In this document: positions 43,056 through 53,995 of the stretch, piece by piece | Layout of the letters: the number at the start of each line of letters is the position of its first letter | Numbering within the stretch: position 1 is the stretch's first letter | NCBI GenBank assembly: GCA_963812135.1 | Contig: CAWETU010000001.1 | Coordinates: 1,952,001 to 2,016,000, forward strand | Origin: Vulcanimicrobiota bacterium | Lineage (GTDB): Bacteria; Vulcanimicrobiota; Vulcanimicrobiia; Eremiobacterales; Eremiobacteraceae | Direction: 5' to 3' | DNA length: 64,000 nucleotides | Position numbers and translations under genes: made by a program | The notes under the pieces: generated by a model | The model's input: the letters and a program-made list of their open reading frames with translations, nothing else | The model's database searches: none | Told to the model about the DNA's origin: nothing

Positions 43056-43910
43056 ATGCCGATCTTCAAAACGCGCGATCACACGGAGATCTATTTCAAA
43101 GACTGGGGAGAGGGTCAGCCGATCGTCTTCAGCCACGGCTGGCCGCTGAATTCGGATGCGTGGGAAGACCAGATGTTCTTCCTCTCATCGCATGGCTATC
43201 GTTGCATCGCGCACGACCGGCGCGGCCACGGCCGATCGAGCCAGCCGTGGAATGGCAATGACATGGATACCTATGTCGACGATCTCGCCCAACTCGTCGA
43301 GAAGCTCGATATCAAGGACGCGATACACGTCGGCCACTCGACGGGCGGTGGTGAAGCGACGCGCTACGTCGCTCGTCATGGGAAAAGCAGGCGAGCAGCC
43401 GGCTTGGTCATCGTTGATGGCATACCCCCGCTAATGCTCAAGACGCCGAACAACCCCGCTGGCACGCCGATCGAGGTGTTTGACGGACTGCGCGCGAGCG
43501 TGCAAGCTGACCGCTCGCAGTTCTGGAAGGACTTGAGCGCGCCGTTCTACGGGGCCAACAGAACCGGTTCGAAGGTCTCACAAGGCTTGCGGGACTCGTT
43601 CTGGCTGGACGGTATGCTATGCGGCTACCCCGGCGCGTATCTCTGCATCAAGGTCTTCTCTGAGACCGATTTCACCGAGGATTGCAAGCAGATCGACGTT
43701 CCGACGCTCATCGTGCATGGCGACGACGATCAGATCGTTCCGATCGCGGCGTCGGCGATGCTTTCCTCGAAACTGATCAAGAACTCAGAGCTCAAGATCT
43801 ACAAGGGCGGCCCCCACGGTTTGCCCTCGACGATGAAGGACCAACTCAACAAAGACCTCTTAGAATTCGCGACGCAAAAGGCTGCGTCAAGAACGCTCGT
43901 CGCGCACTAA
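43056..43910 (+). CDS. Non-heme chloroperoxidase-like alpha/beta hydrolase (perhydrolase)
   Basis: [40 protein letters not shown]. Confidence 0.93.
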   Translation: MPIFKTRDHTEIYFKDWGEGQPIVFSHGWPLNSDAWEDQMFFLSSHGYRCIAHDRRGHGRSSQPWNGNDMDTYVDDLAQLVEKLDIKDAIHVGHSTGGGEATRYVARHGKSRRAAGLVIVDGIPPLMLKTPNNPAGTPIEVFDGLRASVQADRSQFWKDLSAPFYGANRTGSKVSQGLRDSFWLDGMLCGYPGAYLCIKVFSETDFTEDCKQIDVPTLIVHGDDDQIVPIAASAMLSSKLIKNSELKIYKGGPHGLPSTMKDQLNKDLLEFATQKAASRTLVAH

Positions 43911-43925
43911 CACAACGCGCCGCTG

Positions 43926-43962
43926 CTCCACCGCGGCGATATCGCCGCGGTGGAGAGCCTAC
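43926..43962 (-). repeat. Perfect 30-bp palindrome followed by CTAC (GTAG-hairpin on the minus strand)
   Basis: CTCCACCGCGGCGAT|ATCGCCGCGGTGGAG at 43926-43955, then AGCCTAC. Confidence 0.7.
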
Positions 43963-43983
43963 GACGCGGAGACGCCGCACCAC

Positions 43984-44367
43984 ATGCTCCACCTCGCACA
44001 GTTCACCGACTACGCCCTGCTCTTTCTGAGACTGATGGTCGGCGCCACTTACATCAAAAGCGGCTATAGCGATCTTAAGGATTCGGACGCGCGCAGCAAG
44101 AGCATCGGAATGTCGAAGGGCTTCACGATCTTTCTCGCCGCGGCAGAGCTCGCGGGCGGTGCCGGACTTGTCGTGGGCGTGCTCCAGCAGCTCGCCGCGA
44201 TCGGTCTGATTTTGATCATGCTCGGCGCGATCCAGAAAAAGATCTTCGTCTGGAAGACCGGGTTCTGGGGCGATGATGGGTTCGGCTGGTCCTACGACCT
44301 GACGTTGATCTCCACGCTTTTCGTCATCCTGTTCACTGACGGCGGCAGATTTGTTCTGCTACCCTGA
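43984..44367 (+). CDS. DoxX family membrane protein
   Basis: LLFLRLMVG, AELAGG, MLGAI, GWSYDL. Confidence 0.88.
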   Translation: MLHLAQFTDYALLFLRLMVGATYIKSGYSDLKDSDARSKSIGMSKGFTIFLAAAELAGGAGLVVGVLQQLAAIGLILIMLGAIQKKIFVWKTGFWGDDGFGWSYDLTLISTLFVILFTDGGRFVLLP

Positions 44368-44371
44368 TCGC

Positions 44372-44801
44372 TTAGGCTTCGTACGGCGCGCCATTCCCGG
44401 TCGAGCAGTAGTCGTCCAGACTGTTGAGATAGTACCCCCAGCTGAAATTGTAGACGCCGTAATAATCGTCCGCGAGCTCGACGGCGTAATATTGCCAGAA
44501 TCGTAGACGCGTGTGGCTCTCGTCGGTCGCTTCGAGATCGAACCTGAACGTGCTGTCGGTCCAGTTGTCGTGGCCGCCGACGCATCGCCACAGCAGGTGT
44601 TTTGTTCGCCTGCAGCTCTTCGATCTTCATGTCGGGATTGAAGTCGCTGTGGAACGTGAAGTGCACGACCGCTCCGACCGCGGCATCGGGCGCCGAGACT
44701 TTCGTGCTCCACCACGATGCCAGGCCACGCTGCGTCGTCAGCGCGGCCCAGACCGCGTCGGGTTTGGCCTCGATGTCGAGGACGTGATGGATCGTCTTCA
44801 T
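44372..44801 (-). CDS. SRPBCC/AHSA1 domain protein with +1 frameshift at 44600-44603
   Basis: VWAALTTQRGLASWW in one frame and LLWRCVGGHDNWTDS...WGYYLNSLDDYCSTGNGAPY in the next; span 430 nt = 3n+1. Confidence 0.85.
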
Positions 44802-46538
44802 GGGACGCTCGTCATCGGCGGCTGCTTCCACGCGCCGCTCAGAATAGCGTCTTTCGGCCAATAGCAACGCAGGATGACCAGAAACGGCCCTGCAGGTGCC
44901 GGCAGCCAGTTGGATTCCTTGTCCTTGCCCGGCGAGTCGTGTTGGAAGTACAGCGTGATGCCGCCGTCGGCATCCTGTTTGAGGGTTGGGAGCATTGGCG
45001 AGTTGATGAGATAGCGATTGATCGGATTGGCGACGAGCAGCTGCTGCGGAAGATCGTATATCGTCAGCGACCAAAAAGCGTGGACCGGGGGAAGGCCGTC
45101 TTTCGCGAAATGGACGATGTACTTGTTCGTGCCTACCAGCGGTTTGCCGTCCGCGTCCCTCTGGTAACCGAGATACACCGCCTCGGCCGCCGTGTTGCCA
45201 AGGATGCCGTATTGCGCACCGACCGCACGGTTCAGGTAGTTGTCATGCATCTGAGCGCGCGTGCCGAACAGATCGTTGGCTGAGGTGCTGGCCGCTCGCG
45301 CTGCGTCGATCTCCTTTTGACCGGCCGCCATCCCGGCGCTAAGTTCAGCTTGGCGCGCCGTCGACAAGGACGCCGGATCGAATGGCTTGTCCGGCACGAT
45401 GCCGATGCTCGCCATGTGCTCGCGAAATATGACCTCGCTCGGAGCGGTAGGGCAGAACCGCAATACGAACGCCAGAACATTGAAGAATTTCAAGGAAGTG
45501 CGTTCATCGTTCGGCGGCAGCGGCGCAATCCACGTGATCGAGGGTGGAACCTCCGGCCCCGGTGCGTTTAGGTAGACAGAAAGCGGGCGCACCACATACC
45601 CAGCTTGAATTTTTTTGACGTTATCCAGATCCGCTGGGCCGAACAATTGAGTCCGGATGAGGGCGATGGCGAACTCTGTCTCCGAGCGCACCAACTTCTT
45701 GATCCCTTTGGGGATCGAACCGCGCCATTCCGGACCGGCGATCAAGAAATCGCCACCCGAGTTGCCCGTGGTGCGCGATCCCAGGTAATCGAAATTGAAC
45801 GTGTACTGGTCAACGAGTTGGACGGAGTAATAGCGGCTCTGCTCGATAGCCGGTAGCGTGAGCACCAGAGGCTGCACGCGCAAGTCGAGCGCGATGAACG
45901 AATATGGCGTGTCTGAGTTGGGCGTTTGAACGGTCGTATCCGCGGGCGTGTAGACGCTCGCGGTGTTGTAGACGAGGTTGAACGACGTCTTGTACGCCGG
46001 GCTCTTCGGATCGATGAAGTAGCCGAACATGATCCGATAAAGGTCGACCATAGGGAAACCGTAGATGTACGCTTGCTTGGCGATGTCTTTTGGTTGAATA
46101 AAAATCACCGCCCGAGTTGCCAGTGGTGCGCGATCCCAGGTAATCGAAGTTGAACGTGTATTGGTCCACCAGCTGGACGGAATAGTAGCGGCTCTTCTCG
46201 ATGGCCGGCAGCGTGAGCACCAAAGGCTGCACGCGCAGATCGAGCGCGACGAACGAATATGGCGTGTCTGAGTTTGGCGTCTGGACGGTCGTATCCGCCG
46301 GAGTGTAGACGCTCGCAGTGTTATAGACGAGGTTGAACGATGTCTTGTACGCCGGGCTCTTCGGATCGATGAAGTAGCCGAACATGATCCGATAAAGGTC
46401 GACCATAGGGAAACCGTAGATGTACGCTTGCTTGGCGATGTCTTTTGGTTGAATCGGGGTGGCCGATTGCGCCGCTTGCGCCGTTGATGAGAGACAGAGG
46501 ATGGCGACGGCGATCGTCAAGATCCGAGCAACAGTCAT
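44798..46538 (-). CDS. DUF1254/DUF1214 secreted protein with internal duplication and a frameshift at the junction (~46100)
   Basis: Signal peptide at 46538 with AGGAG RBS; AYIYGFP, TPNSDTPYS, FWSLTIYD, NWLPAP; span 1741 nt = 3n+1. Confidence 0.85.
45747..46454. repeat. Tandem direct repeat, period 355 bp (45747-46099 and 46102-46454)
   Basis: 45987-46099 identical to 46342-46454; the remainder differs mainly at third codon positions. Confidence 0.95.
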
Positions 46539-46703
46539 TCGCGGACTCCTCTTAATGGTCGTCATTGATTTTGCAAAAAGGGGAATTGGACAGAGGGGAT
46601 GAGACCACCAGCCGCACCTTGCCCTAAGAGCACGTAGCATCTGAGCAGGGCGACTTCGCGAGCGCACAAAACATCTTCGCGCCTGTGAATCGACTTGCCT
46701 GAT

Positions 46704-47696
46704 ATGAAAGGTACCCGCGGGTACGCACTGCTCATCACTGCGCTCCACGCGCTGGGCATCGCGTTGCTCCTGCCCGTCGTCGTCGCGCATCCGGCCGTGC
46801 TCGGCATCGGCTTTTTGGCGTACACGTTGGGTCTGCGTCACGCCTTTGACGCCGACCACATCGCGGCGATCGACGGCGTGGTGCGCAAACTCGTGCAAGA
46901 GCGGCGCGATCCCTTGGGCGTGGGATTCTTCTTCTCCCTAGGGCATTCGACGGTGGTCTTCGTGCTCGCGCTGGCGATGGTGGCCCTCACCCGCGCAGCC
47001 ACGTCGTTGCCGGCCTTGCGCGAAATCGGCGGATTCGCGGGCATGTTGATCTCCGGCGGGTTCTTGGTCCTGATCGGCATCATCAACCTGATCATCTGGT
47101 TCGACATCCTGGTGCTTTTCCGCAAAATGCAACACGCGCCCGATGCAGGCAAAGGCGCGCTTGACGGCGTCTTGACCGCCGGCGGCATCGTGGCGCGTTT
47201 CGCCAAGCCGCTCTTCGCGCTCGTGAAGTCATCACGCCAAGCATATCCCATCGGCTTCCTGTTCGGCCTCGGCTTCGATACGGCGAGCGAGATCGCGCTA
47301 TTGGGCATCGCGGCGGCGGCGGCCGCCACGGCACTGCCGTTCGTGAACGTATTGGCGCTGCCGCTGCTGTTCGCGGCCGGCATGACGTTGATGGACACGC
47401 TCGACGGCGTGTTCATGACACGCGCGTATCACTGGGCGTTCTCAACGCCGCTGCGCAAAATCTATTACAACCTGACCGTGACCGCGCTGTCGGTGGTGGC
47501 AGCGCTAGCGATCGGCGGGCTCGAGCTAGTTTCAGTTCTTGGGCGCACGCTGGGCACGACATCCGGTTTTTGGGCGAGCACGCAACAGGTGGATTTCGGG
47601 TCTGTCGGCTTCGGACTGGTGGTGCTGTTCGCGCTGACATGGCTATTGGCCGCCGGCGTGTGGCGCTTCGGCAGGTTTGAGGAGCGCTCTACGTAA
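46704..47696 (+). CDS. High-affinity nickel/cobalt transporter (HoxN/HupN/NixA, NiCoT)
   Basis: Signature RHAFDADHIAAID, FSLGHSTVV, LGFDTASE, GMTLMDTLDG. Confidence 0.95.
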   Translation: MKGTRGYALLITALHALGIALLLPVVVAHPAVLGIGFLAYTLGLRHAFDADHIAAIDGVVRKLVQERRDPLGVGFFFSLGHSTVVFVLALAMVALTRAATSLPALREIGGFAGMLISGGFLVLIGIINLIIWFDILVLFRKMQHAPDAGKGALDGVLTAGGIVARFAKPLFALVKSSRQAYPIGFLFGLGFDTASEIALLGIAAAAAATALPFVNVLALPLLFAAGMTLMDTLDGVFMTRAYHWAFSTPLRKIYYNLTVTALSVVAALAIGGLELVSVLGRTLGTTSGFWASTQQVDFGSVGFGLVVLFALTWLLAAGVWRFGRFEERST

Positions 47697-47706
47697 CGCG
47701 CCCCGG

Positions 47707-48972
47707 TCAGTACGAGTCGGGCGGTACGTTTGAGGGCGGCATCGCCGTTAGGTCAGCGCTGGTCATCGACGTTTCAACGCTGACAAATGGGCGCGGCGTT
47801 TGCGAAAAATCGAAACAGTCGGAGAGATCATCCGCGCGGCGGTCAGTCGTGCCGATCACCGGCAAGCCGAACACCGTCTCCGTGAACTTGAGGATGCTGC
47901 CGAATTCATGGCGATGGTGCGAGACGTAGCCGCGCTTCGCGTAGGGTGAGATGACGATCATGGGCACGCGAAACCCAAGCCCCATCGCGTCGAGTTGCGG
48001 CGGCGCCACGTGATCGTACCAACCTCCCCAATCATCCCAGACCACGATCATCACGGTCGACTTCCAGAGCGGGCTCTTGCCAAGCGCATTCGCGATCGAT
48101 GCGACCCATTGCGGCCCTAGGTCGGTCCGAGCGGCGAGCGCGCGCCCGCCGATCCCGTACTGCGAGTGATCGGAGCTGCGAAAGTCGGGCGTCACCCATG
48201 ACACCGCCGGCAGCGTTCCCGCGGCGATGTCTGCGAGCACCCGCGTCTGCGGCGTGACCACGTTTGCGCCCCAGTCGCTCCCGTACCGGATATGCTTTAT
48301 GGCGTCGAATGCCGACCAGATGGAGCCGAGATCGTTCGACGTGGGCGCGTACGAGCGCCACGAGATGTGGTGCGCATCGAGCACGTCGGCGAGCGTGGGA
48401 TAGTCGAAGCAAGGAAAGACTCTTCTGCCGTCCGCGCCGTTGGGACCAAGCAGCGCGACCGTCACGCCTTTAGGCGAATCGCATCCCCACCAAAACACGT
48501 CGCTCGCGGTTCTATTGGGATTGTCGACGGCCGTGCCGGATTCGCCCGAGATCAGATACTGATGTGCGGGAAAACTCGGCCCACCGACCGATTCGAACGT
48601 CTCGTCGGCAAAGGTGTACGTGCGAGCGAGCGTCCAGTATGGTTTGGTTTCGCTTTGCGGCACAAACGCATACGGGTAGTCGCCGTCTCGTTTCGGCAGC
48701 GTGCCGATGGTGTTAAAGCCGTCCATCTTCCCGCGGTCATACGAATTGAGGAACGTCTGACGAGCATGGTCGACGTCGACGGGATCATTCAGGCTTACTG
48801 TATGAAGCCGGACAATCGACCCGTCGTGGCGCTTGCCGGTTTGCGCCGTATCCGCGCCCGGAAAGCCGTTGAAGAGATTGTCGACGCTCCGGTTTTCTTG
48901 AATGACGATGATCACGTGTTGGATCGTCTGGGAGGGAAGCGCAAGCAGCGCGAACACGATGGCGAATATCAT
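47707..48972 (-). CDS. Phosphoesterase family protein (phospholipase C/acid phosphatase-like), secreted
   Basis: [46 protein letters not shown]. Confidence 0.92.
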   Translation of the reverse strand: MIFAIVFALLALPSQTIQHVIIVIQENRSVDNLFNGFPGADTAQTGKRHDGSIVRLHTVSLNDPVDVDHARQTFLNSYDRGKMDGFNTIGTLPKRDGDYPYAFVPQSETKPYWTLARTYTFADETFESVGGPSFPAHQYLISGESGTAVDNPNRTASDVFWWGCDSPKGVTVALLGPNGADGRRVFPCFDYPTLADVLDAHHISWRSYAPTSNDLGSIWSAFDAIKHIRYGSDWGANVVTPQTRVLADIAAGTLPAVSWVTPDFRSSDHSQYGIGGRALAARTDLGPQWVASIANALGKSPLWKSTVMIVVWDDWGGWYDHVAPPQLDAMGLGFRVPMIVISPYAKRGYVSHHRHEFGSILKFTETVFGLPVIGTTDRRADDLSDCFDFSQTPRPFVSVETSMTSADLTAMPPSNVPPDSY

Positions 48973-48997
48973 GACGGCGTACCTCCACCGTTTTAGG

Positions 48998-50876
48998 TCA
49001 CTTGTACGTCGGACTTGAGATGCTGATGCTGATGTTCGCCGCGCCCTTATTGCAGGTCAGCGTCGTGCCATCGCTGTGAAGTTCGCAGATCTGCGTCACC
49101 GTCGCGAAATTGTACGGGCCCAGGCTGGGGTTGGCGACAGACGTGTATTCCCATGGGATGAGCGCCTTGATATATCCGTGGGGGAACGTCGTACTCGGCT
49201 GCGCTCCAGACCACACGTCGTCCGTCAACATGAGCAAACCGCCCTTCCCTGAGACATACGATCTCACTTGCGTCCATGGCGGGTTCAGGAGTGGCGAACC
49301 CGTTCCGGTCAAGTGCCAGAGATTGTTCTGCCACGAATAGTATCCCGTCGCCGTGAACTGCGCGTCCCTCTCGCGCACCTTTATGTATTGGAATGACACC
49401 GTGTCGGGCTGGAGATACACGTTCGCGTAGAAGCCGACGCCCGGGTATCCTTGCACGTGATGAAAGTCGCTCGGCGCCGGGGGCGGGGTGGCCTGGGTCG
49501 CAGGGACGACCTCGAACAACGGCTGACTCGGCGCCAAAACGTTGAACGTGATCGTCGCCGTCGCGTGCGTGACGGTGTCTTGCGCTTCGATCGTCACACC
49601 GCTTGCCGCCGTGATAGGCGCCGTGTACGTGACTGTCTTGCCGCTGGTCGAGGAGAGCTTCCCTTGGCCGCTCGCGTTCGTCCAATGGGCGCTGGCTCCG
49701 GAGAACGTGAGCGTCACCGGTTCGGCGACTCCCAGATCCAGGCGCGCTCGGTTTGCCGGCTCGGTCGCGACGGTTTCTGATGGTGATCGTCGCGGACGGC
49801 GAGGGCGACGGCGTCGGAACAGGATTGCCGTTCGGCTGCGGCGCTTGCGTCAGCGGTTGCACGGAGTCGGTCCCTGGATTGTTCACGACGTTCGAAAAGG
49901 GAACGGGAGCGCCGGCGCCCGGGGGACCCAGACCGATCGTGCGCGTGCTGCTGACCTGATCCGCGGCGAGGACGCGCACTTCATAGGTGCCGGGCGTCGC
50001 GAAGTTGCCGGTGGTCACGAAGCGCACGTAGACCCGAGCGGAGTATCGGCTCCAAGGCGTCTCGCCTGACGCACTGCGTTCGGGCGGCGCGAATGGGACC
50101 AGTTCTCGGACGAGCTCGTCGAACGTGGGCGGAGGCTGCATCATCTCGTCGCGCAGCTGCTGCATCTGGAGAATGGCCTGGCCCGTCGGGCCGAGGCGGC
50201 TCAGTGCACCGTCGAAGGACGGCATTCCCGGAACTTTTGCGGCGACTTGGTCGTACTGCGCCCGGATGCTCGTGTAGACGTCGGCATTGAGGCGAGAGCG
50301 AAAATCGGGGATGACGCGATCGACGATCGCGCGCTGGGCGCTCGGCATCGCGCTGTAGGGCAGACCGGCCTGGATCTCCCACGACAGGACCTGCAGCGCG
50401 CTGTGATTGAGGGCGAATGACGGGGCGCGCGCGTTGAGCGCTCTGAAGATGTCGGCGGCCGCGCCGCGCAGCGGCGCGACCAGATAGCGGTGTCCGGTCG
50501 GGCTGTGCGCGTGCGCCTTCATGCAGAAGACGTCGACTGTGAACGTATAATCGCCCGGCGGCAACAAGACCGTTCCGTCGACCGAATTGCGCAGCGCCGC
50601 GGTGAGGTTGGGCGGGGCGCCGGACGTGAACGGCGCGCCCGGCAAAGGCGCAGTCGGGTAGGCATCGCTGGGCGACACCACGACCGGCAGTTGAGCGCCG
50701 ATCGTCTTGCCGAACGAGGAGAGCGCGGCACGAACCGCGGCGTCCTGCGCAGCGCCGGCCGGATTTGGAAACGGGAATTGCGCAACGCTCGCCGTGGACA
50801 TCGCAAGCACGAGCGCGCAGCTCGCGATCAACGCGAGTGCCAATGCCGCGCGGACCTTCACCGCAAGCCGCCGCAT
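48998..50876 (-). CDS. Large secreted hypothetical protein with +1 frameshift near 49781
   Basis: Signal peptide and VFCMKAH domain, then PTPSPSPS linker; continues [26 protein letters not shown] in the adjacent frame; span 1879 nt = 3n+1. Confidence 0.75.
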
Positions 50877-50918
50877 GGCGAGCGTTTCGTCACGCGGAGA
50901 ACGAGCGCCTCGCCAATG

Positions 50919-51068
50919 TCAAGCTCGCCGCGAGATGGCAAAGCGGAACGTGATGAAGGCTATCGCAGTCCTGATCCACGCGAGCAACGTGCGTTCTTCG
51001 GGGAGCCACGTGCGATCTGAGCAGTCTTGTCGAGTAATCGATTCGTCGGGGTCCGGCGGCTGCTTCAT
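50919..51068 (-). pseudogene. Truncated DUF202/YidH family gene
   Basis: ATGA-coupled to the CMD gene; MKQPPD...RTWLPEERTLLAWIRTAIAFITFRFAISRRA* retains only the first TM of DUF202. Confidence 0.7.
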
Positions 51069-51865
51069 CGCCCCTTGGGCGGCGCCGGCGAGCGTTCAAT
51101 AGCCTCGCTCTTGCCCTCGTACGTCGCGATCTCTTGCGCGAGGATCGGTACGCCCGAATCCAACGCGTTCGCGCCTTGTGAGACGCATAGCTTCAGAACC
51201 GTCATGATCTCCTCGGCGGTTGCGCCGAGCGCAAGCGCCGCCTTGATATGGCGACGCGTGCCAGGCGCATACATGTGGGTGATGGCCGCGTCGAAGGCGA
51301 TGCTGATGAGCTCCATGAACTTCGGCGGGAAGACGCCGGCTGTATAAACGGCTGCGCCGGACGCGAAGAACTGGTCCGTCCAAACGGGATCAAGGTCATA
51401 AAACGGGTCCCAGGCCGTGTTCCATTGCCCAATGGCACGCATTTGGTCACACGCGGGTGTCGGCTGCTTCGGCGCTGGCGATGACGCCGGCTTACCGGCC
51501 GCTTTCAGCTCCTCAAGGAGGATCGGCGCGCCCAAGCTCATCGAGTGTATCGAGATGCTCGCCGCCATCTTGAGCACTTCGAGGATCTCTTTTTGCGTCG
51601 CGCCTCCATGCAGCGCTGCCCGAATATGGCGGCGCAATGCGGCGCCGTCGAGATCGGTGATCGAGGCGTTGAGGCCGACGGCGATCAGCTGAATGTCTTT
51701 CGCGGACAGCGCGCCGTTGGTCCACGGGTTGATCGCCATCGCGGCGTACTTTTCGGTCCATTGCGGGTCCCACTCGCGCAGCAGATCGAGCGCTTTTGCC
51801 CATCGGCCAGCTTCTGCCACGGCTTCGATCGCAGGCGTCGCGCCCGTCGGTGTGCTCGAACTCAC
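51065..51865 (-). CDS. Tandem carboxymuconolactone decarboxylase (CMD/AhpD-like) family protein
   Basis: Two repeats of DP.W...LI.....A..T......RRHI.AAL..GAT..EI; GGAGG RBS. Confidence 0.88.
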   Translation of the reverse strand: MSSSTPTGATPAIEAVAEAGRWAKALDLLREWDPQWTEKYAAMAINPWTNGALSAKDIQLIAVGLNASITDLDGAALRRHIRAALHGGATQKEILEVLKMAASISIHSMSLGAPILLEELKAAGKPASSPAPKQPTPACDQMRAIGQWNTAWDPFYDLDPVWTDQFFASGAAVYTAGVFPPKFMELISIAFDAAITHMYAPGTRRHIKAALALGATAEEIMTVLKLCVSQGANALDSGVPILAQEIATYEGKSEAIERSPAPPKGR

Positions 51866-51890
51866 GTCAGTCCTCCCAGCTTGGCGATAA

Positions 51891-52196
51891 CTAGATCGAA
51901 ACGAGGATCTTCCCGGCTTCGACTTTCACTTCGTATTTCGCAACGCCGACGGCCGAGTTGCCGACGACCTTGCCCGTCGTCACGTCGAACTTCATCCCAT
52001 GAGCGCGGCACGTCACGACGTTGCCCTCAAATCGTCCCCACCCTAATGACGCGCCGGCGTGAGCGCAGGAATCGTCGATGGCGTATATGTGTCCGTCCAC
52101 GTTGAACACCGCCACGTCCCTGCCGTCCACCGTGGCGGTCGTGCCCTTGCCGGGCGGCAGTGCCTCGACTTTCATGACTTCGACAAAATTCGGCAT
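51891..52196 (-). CDS. Rieske [2Fe-2S] ferredoxin
   Basis: CAHAG and CRAHG ligand motifs. Confidence 0.93.
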   Translation of the reverse strand: MPNFVEVMKVEALPPGKGTTATVDGRDVAVFNVDGHIYAIDDSCAHAGASLGWGRFEGNVVTCRAHGMKFDVTTGKVVGNSAVGVAKYEVKVEAGKILVSI

Positions 52197-52197
52197 T

Positions 52198-52587
52198 TCA
52201 GATCTCTGCTTCCAGCGGCGGAAACGCTTTCGGGTCCGGCTGGAAAAGCGCGAAGACATTGCCCTGGGGATCCTCGGCAACCGCGTACCAGCCCGTCTTC
52301 GGTACCGCCGTCTTCGGATGCACTACCTTGCCGCCGAGCTGTTGCAGCCGCTCCAACCTTTCGTCCAACGAATCGACATGCACGTAGTGCACCCAGCTGC
52401 GTGGTCCCTCGATAGGCCGATGCAGTAATCCGCCGCGAATCGCGCCTGGCTGCGGCGCCGTCTCGATGAAGAAATAATCCACGCCGACCGCCTTCTCGAT
52501 GTGCCAATCGAACAGCGTCCGGTAGAACTCCACGAGTTTCTCCGGCTCGTCTGCATAGATCTCGAAATGCGTCACTGAGTCGGCCAC
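52198..52587 (-). CDS. VOC/glyoxalase family protein
   Basis: HFEIYAD, FYRTLFDW, LGGKVV.PKT.VP, DPQGNVFAL; GGAGGT RBS. Confidence 0.92.
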   Translation of the reverse strand: MADSVTHFEIYADEPEKLVEFYRTLFDWHIEKAVGVDYFFIETAPQPGAIRGGLLHRPIEGPRSWVHYVHVDSLDERLERLQQLGGKVVHPKTAVPKTGWYAVAEDPQGNVFALFQPDPKAFPPLEAEI

Positions 52588-52656
52588 GATACCTCCGATG
52601 GCGAGGCCCCGTTCGTCGCGAAGCGGGGCCTCCCGGTACGGACGCTGCGTTGCGCG

Positions 52657-53799
52657 CTAACGGCCCGCTGTGCTCGTCTCAGGCGGCACCATGCAATAGG
52701 CCATCGGATGCGAATCCGACGCCTCCGCGCCCACCCCTTTCTTGCCGGTGGTCTTCCACACCAAGAACCCGGGCTCGCCCTCTTTGCGGTTGGGCGGCAG
52801 TCCGAGCTTGAGCAGGGTCTCGTCGATGCTGTTGTACCACGTGCCGACTTGCATGATGGCTCGGGCTTCTTCGTTGGTGGCGACCTTTCGGCCGTAGGCG
52901 TTCGCAAGGTTCGCCATCTGCTCCACTTGCTTGGCCGATTGGAATCGCTCGCCTTTGACGCGCCAGAGGTTGTCCTCGTTGCCCACGCGGACGTGGATGC
53001 CGAGCACGACCGCCATCGCGCACATCGGAATCACGCCGCGCATCGTGTTCTCCCAGCATAGCACCGAGCCTTGGGGCGAGCGGCGCAGGTACTCCATCCA
53101 ATCGAATGGGTTGCGCCCAGCGCATCCCCCGCCGATAGCGACGAGGCAGTGGTTGAGCGGACCCATATACAGACCCTGGCGGATCAGGCGCTCGACTATC
53201 TCGAGCTGGTGGATATGTCCGAGCATGAAATATGGCTGGATGCCGTTCGCGCGCAGCCGCTTGAGATGCTCGATGTAAAAGCCTGGTCCGGCGTCTGCCC
53301 AGAGTCCAACCCAGGCTTCACGCGCCTTCTCGTCATTTTCCAGGTGTGTACCCTTGATGTCGTCCGTGCTCCACATCTGAACGACGTCCATCATCCCCGT
53401 GCCGATCGCGATCGTCACTTGATCGGGCTTTGGGTTGAGCTCGGTGAGCATGTGGCGCGTGTCGTAGTCCAGCCATTTCGCCGCCGCATCGCCTTTGGGC
53501 GCGAACGAAATCGAGCCGCCGACCGACAGGATCATCTTCGGCACCGCCTGCTTGAGCATGCCGATGAACTCGTTGAACTGTTCGAAATCCTTGGACCCTC
53601 GCCCGGTCGCGGGATTGCGGACATGGATGTGCAGGTGCGTCGCGCCGGCATTTTGGCAATCGATGGCAGCCTGAACTTGCTCTTTCCAGGTCACGGGGAT
53701 GTCGGCATCGCCTGGGATCCACGCCGGGCCGTACGGCGCGGCCGTGATGATGAGCGGTTGCATGTTCTCCGGGTACAGAGAATCGTCGTTGAAATACAT
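52657..53799 (-). CDS. Beta-keto acid cleavage enzyme (BKACE, DUF849/Kce family)
   Basis: LIITAAP, IPVT..EQ, AGATHLHIHVR, HVRVGNEDN. Confidence 0.9.
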   Translation of the reverse strand: MYFNDDSLYPENMQPLIITAAPYGPAWIPGDADIPVTWKEQVQAAIDCQNAGATHLHIHVRNPATGRGSKDFEQFNEFIGMLKQAVPKMILSVGGSISFAPKGDAAAKWLDYDTRHMLTELNPKPDQVTIAIGTGMMDVVQMWSTDDIKGTHLENDEKAREAWVGLWADAGPGFYIEHLKRLRANGIQPYFMLGHIHQLEIVERLIRQGLYMGPLNHCLVAIGGGCAGRNPFDWMEYLRRSPQGSVLCWENTMRGVIPMCAMAVVLGIHVRVGNEDNLWRVKGERFQSAKQVEQMANLANAYGRKVATNEEARAIMQVGTWYNSIDETLLKLGLPPNRKEGEPGFLVWKTTGKKGVGAEASDSHPMAYCMVPPETSTAGR

Positions 53800-53847
53800 A
53801 CTCGACCTCTACCGTTCTGCGTTTCCGCGAAATCCGCGGTTCGCTGA

Positions 53848-53973
53848 CTTTGCAGACGCTCGCGCGAGTCCCTACGGCTTTGCTTAATAGTAGTAGGCAG
53901 TTCGCGCGAACGCATCAACCTCTCTGGTTATGAAAAAAGCGCCGACCCCTTTGCGGGACCGGCGCGTTCTTCT
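53848..53973 (-). promoter_or_regulatory. Terminator of DUF1254 gene plus promoter of BKACE operon; copy 1 of ~120-bp repeat
   Basis: GCGCCG...CGGCGC hairpin with T6 tract on the minus strand (53933-53965); minus-strand -10-like TACTAT; alignable with 55466-55587. Confidence 0.7.
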
Positions 53974-53995
53974 CGTCTTGATTTTCGACGTTCGG

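Noticed and set aside
44600..44603. Programmed ribosomal frameshift in the SRPBCC gene
   Set aside because: No slippery heptamer or stimulatory structure; several similar indels in the window point to sequencing error
46560..46700. NiCo riboswitch or NikR box upstream of the NiCoT gene
   Set aside because: Only CTGAGCAGG resembles the motif; no four-way junction or GTATGA-N16-TCATAC could be built
50998..51008. TCGGGGAGCCA matching the tRNA-Asn 3' end as a possible att site
   Set aside because: Only 11 nt, inverted relative to the tRNA, inside the DUF202 remnant, and no integrase nearby
53857..53875. Additional GTAG-hairpin candidates here and at 39055-39068
   Set aside because: Stems too short or irregular; the first lies within the duplicated promoter segment
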